Source: an uncultured Gemmatimonadales bacterium
GTDB lineage: Bacteria > Gemmatimonadota > Gemmatimonadetes > Gemmatimonadales > GWC2-71-9
Direction of reading: 5' to 3'
Assembly: GCA_963743195.1 (NCBI GenBank)
Contig: CAVUOO010000001.1
Location: 289,630-353,629 of the forward strand
DNA: 64,000 nt
Made by a program: the position numbers and the translations under genes. The notes under the pieces are model-generated. The model worked only from the letters and a program-made list of their open reading frames with translations, searched no databases and was not told the origin of the DNA. Positions 36,998 through 44,545 of this stretch are shown here, piece by piece; position 1 is the first letter of the stretch, and every line of letters starts with the position of its first letter.

Positions 36998-39757
36998 CTA
37001 CCGCAGCTCCAGTACGCCGAATCGCGAGGCGGATTGCCGGTCGCCGCGGAGGTAGACCCAGCCTCCGCCCCCAGTCCAGACGAGCTGTCCCGCGCGGCGG
37101 GTGCGATCGGAATACATCTCGTTCACGATCACATCGAGCTCGATCTCGTCTCGTGGACGCCCCGACCATCCCGGTAAAGCGACCGCGAGCGTCATGGCGT
37201 AGCCGGTTTCCGTGATCCGCCAGCGGCCGGTGACCATGTCGGCGTCCCCGGAATGCCCACCGATGACGTGGACGCGAATATCGCCCTCGTCGTTCGCGGG
37301 CACCACCAGGAATCCATAAACCGGTCCGTCCGCCTCGGTCCGGAAATAGAGCTGCAGTCCGTCACTGTGCAGGTCATCGGGCTCATTATCGAGACGAAGC
37401 GGAGGCGCGTCGGCCGCTCGATAGTTCGGATCGGCCTTCACGACGTCCACCCCCAGATACAAGGCGTCCGCGTCCCAGCCAAGAAGCACGGTAGCAGAGA
37501 ACTCCTCGGGGCCTGCGTAGGCTTCCTCACTCCTGCGATACTGGTCCTCGTGATCGAGCAGCAGCGGCTCGCTGGCATCGAAGTCGTCGAGGCTCCCGTC
37601 CAGGGCCGGCCGCTCGGCCAGATGCAGTGCGACGGCCCGGGGAGGGATCGGGCGGTCGAGCTCGATCAGGGGCTTCGCATCGGATCGCGGCTTCCGACCG
37701 CCTCCAAGACGGGTGATTCCCGCCGTACCGGAAACCTCCCACCCTTCGCCGGTTGGTAGATGACGATCCGTGCCGCCGGCAGTCTCCACGAGAATTGCGG
37801 GGCCGTCGGTGGTGATGGCGCGTACCTGGGCGAGCGGGCTCGACGTGTCGAGCACGGCGACCAGACGCGCGTTTCTTGCGTGGACGCGAGCGAGATAGAA
37901 GGTGGCGCGTTGTGGGCCGCTCCCACCGGGTAAACCGGGGCCTGTGGCCCGGAGCAGCCAGCCGTCGAAGAGAAGATGAAGGGTGAGACTTGCTCCCCCC
38001 TCCCGAGCCCGCAGTACCAGCGGGGTGCCGGGAGGCAGATCCAGCCGCTCTACGTCGCTCACGAATTCGTCAGCAATTGTGTCGGGCACCCATGATCCCG
38101 CACTGACAAGCTCAATGTCTCCGATGGGGTGCCACGGCAACTCCAGCATCCGCTCTGTCGTGCCGGTCAGATCGAGAACGTCCAGAAGGTAGGACCGTCC
38201 CGCCACCAGCGTGCGGGCGAGCTCGCCGAATGCGCCCCTGGTCCACGACCATTCTTCCTGCACGTCGAAGGCGCTGCACCAGGCATCGACGGCCGGCTGA
38301 TCCAGGCCATCGAGCCTCGGCGCGTTGTGCGCGAGCGTCGAACGGTACCAGAAGAGGTCCCGAGACACATACGAGCCGGTCCCCGGATCGGCGAGCCAAT
38401 GACGACCATCAGCATGCAACGTCAGATGCAATCGGTCGGGATGACCATGCCCGCCGCCATAGAGACCGCATTCGAGGCTCGCATATCGATCTCCCTCGCG
38501 GAGAATCGCCAGTCCCTGAGACTCGAGGAGAGTGGAGCCGGGGTTCCACGGGGGGGCGTCGTCGGGAAGCGTCGGGACCATCTCGAGCAATGCCCACCAC
38601 GACAGATCGCTCCGCGAGCGGGGGCCGGCGGGTGCCGGAAGACCTGCCTCATGCAGATACGAGTCGAATGCCGATGCCTTGGGGGGCGGGGCGCCATAGA
38701 GCGAGCGAAGCCAGCCCCACAGATCCGATGACAGGTCACCAAGACGAGCAAGCCCCACTTCCCACAACTCGAGATACATCGGTTGCGCGAGAGAGATCCC
38801 GAACCGGGAGTCCTTTCGCGCCGGGTAGGTCCGGTCCGGTAACGCCGTCACCGCCGGAGCCCTGAGTGCCGACGCGAGGCGCTCGGCGAGCCGGGAATCG
38901 GCGAGAAGGTCGGCGCCGGCGCTGGCCGCCCAACCAAGAGCCAGCAGCTGGCCCCGAAGCGCGAAGAGATGGTAATTCTCTCCCTCGTACCACATCCCGT
39001 CCTCTCCGAATCCGCGCAGCATCTGGGCGACGATACCGGTAGGACCCTCGACGATTCGTGTGGCCAGCTCCTCATCCTCGAACCAGACCGCGATCGCGGC
39101 GAGCGCGGCATTGTGCCAGGTCTGCCGGTTGGAGAGGCCCTCGTCGAATTCTCCGATCAGGTTGGCCGCCTCGTCTGCTACGCTGTTGACGCCCTCGACC
39201 GTCGAATCACTGATGAGACCGGCCTCACGAAGGAGCGTAGCGGCGGCGAGGTAATCATTGAGCCAGATGGACTCAAGATAGGTCGAAAAGAAGAGTCGGC
39301 TTGGGCCGAGCACGTTGTCGCGGTTGGGAAACTGAAAATAGTCGTTGGCGTAACCGCTCAGGATTCTCGACGCCTCCTCGGCGGCGCCCTCGTGGTTCGT
39401 GATGGCCGCCAGGGCGGCCAGCGTCGCCGCCTGCTCCGCGAGCCAGAGGTGTTGAAAGCGCGCCCAGGAGCGGTCGTGTCGCTCTCCAGTGAACGAACGG
39501 CCGCAGCGCGGACAGCGGTGATTATGGGGACTCCACGGATCGAACTCGAGGACTGTCGAGTCGTCGGGACAGAAACCGCCGTCCACGGAAAGGAGCGCCT
39601 TCATGTGGGGAACCGGCGGCCGGTCGCGGATGACCCGTGCGGCCCGCTCGGTCAGACGTCGCGCCAGCTCGGCGAGATCCGTCGATTCGGCAAGCTGCTC
39701 CCGGCGTAGGTCGAGATCAGAAGCGATCAGCACGGCCGGACGCCATCCATCGCCCAC
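36998..39757 (-). CDS. Heparinase II/III-like protein, apparently cytoplasmic, with a Cys-cluster N-terminus and a CBM9/DOMON-like C-terminal domain
   Basis: Core motif GGHGHPDRLHLTLHADGRHWLADPGTGSYVSRDLFWYRSTLAHNAPRLDG. N-terminal FCPDD...HRCPRCG. No signal peptide. The C-terminal about 200 aa (VLLGWDADALYLGVDVV...) resembles a carbohydrate-binding fold. Confidence 0.7.
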   Translation of the reverse strand: MGDGWRPAVLIASDLDLRREQLAESTDLAELARRLTERAARVIRDRPPVPHMKALLSVDGGFCPDDSTVLEFDPWSPHNHRCPRCGRSFTGERHDRSWARFQHLWLAEQAATLAALAAITNHEGAAEEASRILSGYANDYFQFPNRDNVLGPSRLFFSTYLESIWLNDYLAAATLLREAGLISDSTVEGVNSVADEAANLIGEFDEGLSNRQTWHNAALAAIAVWFEDEELATRIVEGPTGIVAQMLRGFGEDGMWYEGENYHLFALRGQLLALGWAASAGADLLADSRLAERLASALRAPAVTALPDRTYPARKDSRFGISLAQPMYLELWEVGLARLGDLSSDLWGWLRSLYGAPPPKASAFDSYLHEAGLPAPAGPRSRSDLSWWALLEMVPTLPDDAPPWNPGSTLLESQGLAILREGDRYASLECGLYGGGHGHPDRLHLTLHADGRHWLADPGTGSYVSRDLFWYRSTLAHNAPRLDGLDQPAVDAWCSAFDVQEEWSWTRGAFGELARTLVAGRSYLLDVLDLTGTTERMLELPWHPIGDIELVSAGSWVPDTIADEFVSDVERLDLPPGTPLVLRAREGGASLTLHLLFDGWLLRATGPGLPGGSGPQRATFYLARVHARNARLVAVLDTSSPLAQVRAITTDGPAILVETAGGTDRHLPTGEGWEVSGTAGITRLGGGRKPRSDAKPLIELDRPIPPRAVALHLAERPALDGSLDDFDASEPLLLDHEDQYRRSEEAYAGPEEFSATVLLGWDADALYLGVDVVKADPNYRAADAPPLRLDNEPDDLHSDGLQLYFRTEADGPVYGFLVVPANDEGDIRVHVIGGHSGDADMVTGRWRITETGYAMTLAVALPGWSGRPRDEIELDVIVNEMYSDRTRRAGQLVWTGGGGWVYLRGDRQSASRFGVLELR

Positions 39758-40722
39758 TGTACCGGAAGCATTCGCATTCCGAGCGCGCGGGCGGCGGCGA
39801 ACGCGGGAGCGGGGTCATCCGGGCCGAGAAAGAACATGCAACCGCCGGCGCCAGAGCCGGCTGCCTTTCCGCCGAGCGCGCCGCAGTCGCGCATCCGCGA
39901 CTCGAGACGGCTCATCTCCGGGGTGCACATGGCGGAATCGAGCGCCTGTTGCTGCCCCCAGTTCTCGCTCAAGAGCTCTCCGACCCTCACGAGGTCGCTC
40001 GTCTCGAGGGCCTCGGCCATTCCTTCGGCGATGTCATGCAGGGCGATGAGGGCGCCGGTCACGGCCGAATCCCCACGCTCGTACGCGGTCATGACGCGAG
40101 TGATCGTCCCGCCGGAGAACCGCGACGCTCCCGTGTAGCAGAGGATCATCCGACGCTCGAGTTCGGTGGCGAAGGCGGGATCGATGCGTAGCCGCTCGAT
40201 CTTTGCCTCGGGATCGCGGAAGCGTAGGCGCAGGAAGCCACCGTACGTCGCCACGAACTGGTCCTGGCGTCCACCGGCAATGCCGGCTTCGACGGCCTCG
40301 AGTCGGCACGCCAGGTCGGCGATTGCTCGCGCTGTCGGCGCTTCGCCGCGGGCGGAGGACAGCGCGCTCACGAGCGCTACATCGAGTGCTCCCGAGCTGC
40401 CGAGCCCCGATCCATGCGGAGCGTCCGAATCGGTGTGTACGCTACAGGATTCCACCGGAAGAAGACGAACACCTGCCGAGAGAAGTGCAAGCGGGCCCGC
40501 GCGGCCGAGGTGCGACACGTCGGGGACCTCCAGGCTCTCGCCAAGATCCCGGGCGGCGAGTCGAACTCCTGGATCTCCAGGCCGAACTTCCGCACGAGCA
40601 TAGAGCCCGATCGCGGCGGCGACGACCGTCCCTCCCTCTCGGGCGGAGAACGGAGGAACATCCGTCCATCCACCGGCGAAGTCGAGACGAACCGGCGCGG
40701 CAGCACGAGCGGTGCCGATCAT
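39727..40722 (-). CDS. GHMP-family sugar kinase (HddA/fucokinase-like)
   Basis: VRLDFAGGWTD and the ATP-binding GSGLGSSGALDVALVSAL. ATG at 40722 forms an ATGA overlap with the SBP stop. Confidence 0.85.
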   Translation of the reverse strand: MIGTARAAAPVRLDFAGGWTDVPPFSAREGGTVVAAAIGLYARAEVRPGDPGVRLAARDLGESLEVPDVSHLGRAGPLALLSAGVRLLPVESCSVHTDSDAPHGSGLGSSGALDVALVSALSSARGEAPTARAIADLACRLEAVEAGIAGGRQDQFVATYGGFLRLRFRDPEAKIERLRIDPAFATELERRMILCYTGASRFSGGTITRVMTAYERGDSAVTGALIALHDIAEGMAEALETSDLVRVGELLSENWGQQQALDSAMCTPEMSRLESRMRDCGALGGKAAGSGAGGCMFFLGPDDPAPAFAAARALGMRMLPVQWAMDGVRPC

Positions 40723-42161
40723 CGAGTGACCCACCAGTCGTGGACGGTGGGAAGCTCGCCCCGCATGTCCATCGTGACGCCACCCACCCTTCGATTCATC
40801 CCTTGCAGCCCCCGCGCGTGATACAAAAATGCGACCGGCACCGAGTCGGCGAAGAATCGCTGCATCGCGGCAGCGCCGGCGGGCGGCGTCAGGCCGGCGA
40901 GATCCGCGAGCGGCGCGAGATAGCCGAGGCCGGCATCGCCGGGTATGCCGAGCACCGCCGCGTCGAAGTCGTGCGTAGGCCCATACACCCGCGCGAGAAA
41001 CGCCGACAGCTCGAGCTGGCGGATGACCACCTCGAACCCGGCCCGGCTCAGCTGAGCCTGCACCATCTGCTCGAGCGCAGCCTCGCCGCTTCCCACCGTC
41101 AGGAGCTCGAAGCGCGCCCGTCCCCGCGACGGATCCGGGCCCGCACTGCGTTCGCCATCCGCGGCCATCGGAAGATAGCCGGGCACATCCGGCGGAACGG
41201 GACCGGTGGCCGGTGTGCCGAAGCCGTAAAGGTAGCCGTCGACGATTTCGCGCCGGTCGAGTGAACGGTCGACCGCGTGGCGCAGCGCAAAGTCATTGAA
41301 TGGCGGCCGTCTCGTATTGAGGACGATGCCATAGGTAAGGAGGAGCGGATACGTCAGCACGGTGAGATCGGGATCGCGCTGGACGAACCGGGCGTGGGCC
41401 GGCTGAATTCCGGCCATGTCGAGCTCACCGGCGGTAAGGGCTGCGAGCTTGGTGGTCGGCTCATCCACCACGACGACGATGAATCGCTCGAGCTTGGGGG
41501 GCCCACCGAGTGACGCGGGAAAGTCGCGGTTGGCGGCGAAGACCCACCGGCGATTGGGCTCGTGCGTGACGAACCGGAAGGGGCCGTTTCCTACTGGTGA
41601 CGCATTCCAGGCGGCCTCCCGCAGCCGCGCATGAGGAACGGTATCCAGGAGATGCGCGGGCAAGATGGCGAGATCGGTCAGGACGTCGGGAAATCCGACT
41701 TGCGGAGTGGAGAAGCGGAGCGTCAGCGTCGAGTCGTCGGCCACGTCCACGGAGTCCAGCATTCTGAGGTCGCTTACCCGTGGGTACCCGATGACCGGAT
41801 CGCGCGCGGCGTCGACGGTCCACTTCACGTCTCTTGCGGTGGTCGGCGCGCCGTCGTGCCAACGAACGCTGGTGTCGAGGTGCACGATCAGTGTGCGCCC
41901 TCCCGCACGCCATTCCCATCGGCGAGCGAGATACGGCTGCGGCGTCAACGAGCCGTCGTACCTGGCGAGCGTCGTGAGCAGGATGTAGCGCTCGACCTGA
42001 CGCGCGAGCGGGTGAAGAGTAAAGAGCGGGTTGATGCTCTGGAGGTCGGCCCCGGAAGCAAAGAGCACCGTCGCCCCTCGGCGCGACGCCGACGGCTGAC
42101 ACGCCGCGGCCAGCAGCAGCGGAAGCACGTGCAGCAAGCGTGACGCCGGACGACAGGACAC
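40719..42161 (-). CDS. ABC transporter substrate-binding lipoprotein, family 5 (peptide/opine/oligosaccharide type)
   Basis: GTG at 42161 gives VSCRPASRLLHVLPLLLAAAC (lipobox). Body typical of SBP_bac_5 (SINPLF..., PNRRWVFAANRDF). An alternative ATG at 42242 would overlap the divergent permease start. Confidence 0.8.
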   Translation of the reverse strand: MSCRPASRLLHVLPLLLAAACQPSASRRGATVLFASGADLQSINPLFTLHPLARQVERYILLTTLARYDGSLTPQPYLARRWEWRAGGRTLIVHLDTSVRWHDGAPTTARDVKWTVDAARDPVIGYPRVSDLRMLDSVDVADDSTLTLRFSTPQVGFPDVLTDLAILPAHLLDTVPHARLREAAWNASPVGNGPFRFVTHEPNRRWVFAANRDFPASLGGPPKLERFIVVVVDEPTTKLAALTAGELDMAGIQPAHARFVQRDPDLTVLTYPLLLTYGIVLNTRRPPFNDFALRHAVDRSLDRREIVDGYLYGFGTPATGPVPPDVPGYLPMAADGERSAGPDPSRGRARFELLTVGSGEAALEQMVQAQLSRAGFEVVIRQLELSAFLARVYGPTHDFDAAVLGIPGDAGLGYLAPLADLAGLTPPAGAAAMQRFFADSVPVAFLYHARGLQGMNRRVGGVTMDMRGELPTVHDWWVTR

Positions 42162-42240
42162 GCGCGTAAGGTATCGGGCCGCGGGCGCGCCCGGCCAGGG
42201 CTCCCTGGCGTCGTCAGGCCGATGCCGGGAGATTGCACGC

Positions 42241-43194
42241 ATGCTTCCGCTCGCCCGCCGCGCGATCAGCGCCATCGGTGTCGTTGCCGGCGTGGTGACG
42301 CTGATGTTCTTCCTGCTTCGGTTCGCGCCCGGCGACCCGGCACTCCTCCTCGTGGGCCCCTCTGCAACGCCGGAACAGCTCGCCGCGCAGCGCGCGGTCA
42401 TGGGCCTCGATCGCCCGCTTCCGGTGCAATACGCCGTGTGGGTCGGACAATTCATCCGGGGCGATTGGGGTCGCAGTATTGCCACCGGTCGACCGGTCCG
42501 TGGCATGCTCGCCCAGGCGTGGCCCGCCACCGTTCGTCTGGTGGGCATTTCCCTCGTGCTCAGTTATCTCGCGGGAATCGTCATCGGCGTGTTGCAGGCG
42601 GTCCGTGGAGGCGGCCTCGACACCGCGCTCTCCATCGCCACCGTCACTCTCTTCGCTCTCCCGGGGTACTGGTTCGGCCTCATGCTGGTGATGCTCTTCA
42701 CCTACAAGCTCCGCCTGCTCCCCGCGTTTGGCTCTGCCGGATTCGACGCCGACTACCTGAGCGGCTGGGATCTTGCCGCCGATCGCCTCCGACACCTCGC
42801 ACTGCCGCTCACCACGCTCACCCTCGTCGGGCTCGGCGGCACCGCTCGGTTCGTTCGCGGCGCCATGCTCGACGTCGGCAGCGAGCCCTACATCGCGATT
42901 GCACGTGCCAAGGGGCTCACCGAGACGCAGGTCGCAATCCGCCACATGCTGCGCAACGCGCTCATCCCCGTGGTCACGCTCCTTGGCCTGTCGCTCCCGA
43001 CACTCTTCTCAGGGGCGGTATTTGTGGAGGCCATATTCGCCTGGCCAGGGGTCGGCCGGATTCTCGTGGAGGCCGTGCAGGCGCGGGACTACCCCGTCGT
43101 GATGGCGGCGACATCGGTCAGCGCCACGCTGGTCGTCCTCGGTAACCTCCTTGCCGAAGCGCTGACCGCATGGGTCGACCCGAGGGTCCGATGA
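42241..43194 (+). CDS. ABC transporter permease (DppB/OppB-like)
   Basis: 317 aa. N-terminus MLPLARRAISAIGVVAGVVTLMFFLLRFAPGDPA and the EAA-like loop YIAIARAKGLTETQVAIRHMLRNAL. Confidence 0.9.
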   Translation: MLPLARRAISAIGVVAGVVTLMFFLLRFAPGDPALLLVGPSATPEQLAAQRAVMGLDRPLPVQYAVWVGQFIRGDWGRSIATGRPVRGMLAQAWPATVRLVGISLVLSYLAGIVIGVLQAVRGGGLDTALSIATVTLFALPGYWFGLMLVMLFTYKLRLLPAFGSAGFDADYLSGWDLAADRLRHLALPLTTLTLVGLGGTARFVRGAMLDVGSEPYIAIARAKGLTETQVAIRHMLRNALIPVVTLLGLSLPTLFSGAVFVEAIFAWPGVGRILVEAVQARDYPVVMAATSVSATLVVLGNLLAEALTAWVDPRVR

Positions 43195-44048
43195 GCGGCC
43201 GCCGACGGCTCCTCGCAGACCCCCGTGCCCGAGTCGGAGCACTGGTGCTCGGGCTCGCGGTGCTGGCGGCTGTTCTCGCGCCGATCCTCGGTGGCGACCC
43301 GTACCTGCAACGCGACATCGTCGGTACCCGTTTTCTCCCTCCCCTCGCGATGGATCATCTCGGCGTGTTTCATCTACTCGGCACCGATCGGTTCGGTCGC
43401 GATGTTTGGGCGCGTCTCCTCGCCGGCGCCCGCGTCTCGCTCGGCGTCGGCGTTCTGGCGACGATCCTGTCCATCGCGTTCGGGGTTGCCGTCGGCGCGG
43501 TGGCGGGATTCTGGCGAGGATGGATCGGCGCGAGCCTCCTCGGGTTCACTGACTTCGCGCTCGCCCTGCCTCGAGTCGTCCTGCTTCTCCTCCTCGCGTC
43601 GCTCTGGCAACCGAGCGCGACGTTGGTGGTGCTGGTGTTGGGATTCACCGGCTGGATGCCGATCGCACGGCTGGTCTATGGGGAGGTGCGCGCTCTGGCG
43701 GTGAGACCATTCGTGGAAGGTGCCGTCGGGCTCGGCGTGCCGGGGGGCCGGGTCTTGATCCGACACATCCTGCCGAACGCGCTCACACCGGTCATCGTGG
43801 CCGCGGCGCTCGGTTTGGGCAATGCCATTCTGCTCGAGGCGGGACTCTCGTTTCTCGGGCTCGGCGTACAACCGCCCGCGCCCTCATGGGGAAGCCTGAT
43901 CGCGTCGGGACGGGATACGCTGGTGAATGCGCCGTGGGTGGCCGCGGCGCCGGGTGTGGCGCTGGTGCTGGTGGTAGTGGCTGCGACGCTGCTAGGCGAT
44001 GCGGTACGCGATCGTCTGGCGCCTGGGGGGCGCCGGCCAACAGGTTAG
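43191..44048 (+). CDS. ABC transporter permease (DppC/OppC-like)
   Basis: ATGA overlap with the previous permease. LGTDRFGRDVWARLLAGARVSL and the EAA loop FVEGAVGLGVPGGRVLIRHILPNAL. Confidence 0.9.
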   Translation: MSGRRRLLADPRARVGALVLGLAVLAAVLAPILGGDPYLQRDIVGTRFLPPLAMDHLGVFHLLGTDRFGRDVWARLLAGARVSLGVGVLATILSIAFGVAVGAVAGFWRGWIGASLLGFTDFALALPRVVLLLLLASLWQPSATLVVLVLGFTGWMPIARLVYGEVRALAVRPFVEGAVGLGVPGGRVLIRHILPNALTPVIVAAALGLGNAILLEAGLSFLGLGVQPPAPSWGSLIASGRDTLVNAPWVAAAPGVALVLVVVAATLLGDAVRDRLAPGGRRPTG

Positions 44049-44545
44049 TGGCCCGTCCACCTCGCGGTGCCTGCCACTTGGTCGATCTTGTTTTCGAGGC
44101 TGGCCAGTGCACTGGGGGCTTCGCTGCAGCCATGGTCGTGCTCGATGCGCTTGACGCGTTGCCCATCGTCGACCGAAGTGATCACCCCAGGCAGGTCGGT
44201 GGCGTAGGGGCCGCAGCCCGCGCTTCCGGCGACGTACTTCTCGTCGAAGCCGTAGAACCCGCCGTGTTCGAGCTGGCCGAGGAGATCGGCCACCGCCTCG
44301 CTGGAGATCCGGGCGCTGTCGCTGCCCGAATCGGCCACGAATCTCTTGCCTTCAAACTGAACGAGGCCCGACCGGGAGATCGTCACGCGATAGACCGGGC
44401 ATCGGCCGAAGCATGGGGTGCGCTCCAGCGTCACCACGGGCGCAGCCTCGCTGGCGACGCCCGGCGCGGGTGCCACCGCGGGCGACGAGCCATGACAGGC
44501 CCCAAGCGAGGCCGCGATCAGGGCACTCCGAATTGCGGCTTTCAT
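44045..44545 (-). CDS. DUF6438-like lipoprotein
   Basis: ATG at 44545 forms an ATGA overlap with the metzincin stop. Lipobox AASLGAC. Motif LERTPCFGRCPVYRVTI. Confidence 0.55.
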   Translation of the reverse strand: MKAAIRSALIAASLGACHGSSPAVAPAPGVASEAAPVVTLERTPCFGRCPVYRVTISRSGLVQFEGKRFVADSGSDSARISSEAVADLLGQLEHGGFYGFDEKYVAGSAGCGPYATDLPGVITSVDDGQRVKRIEHDHGCSEAPSALASLENKIDQVAGTARWTGH

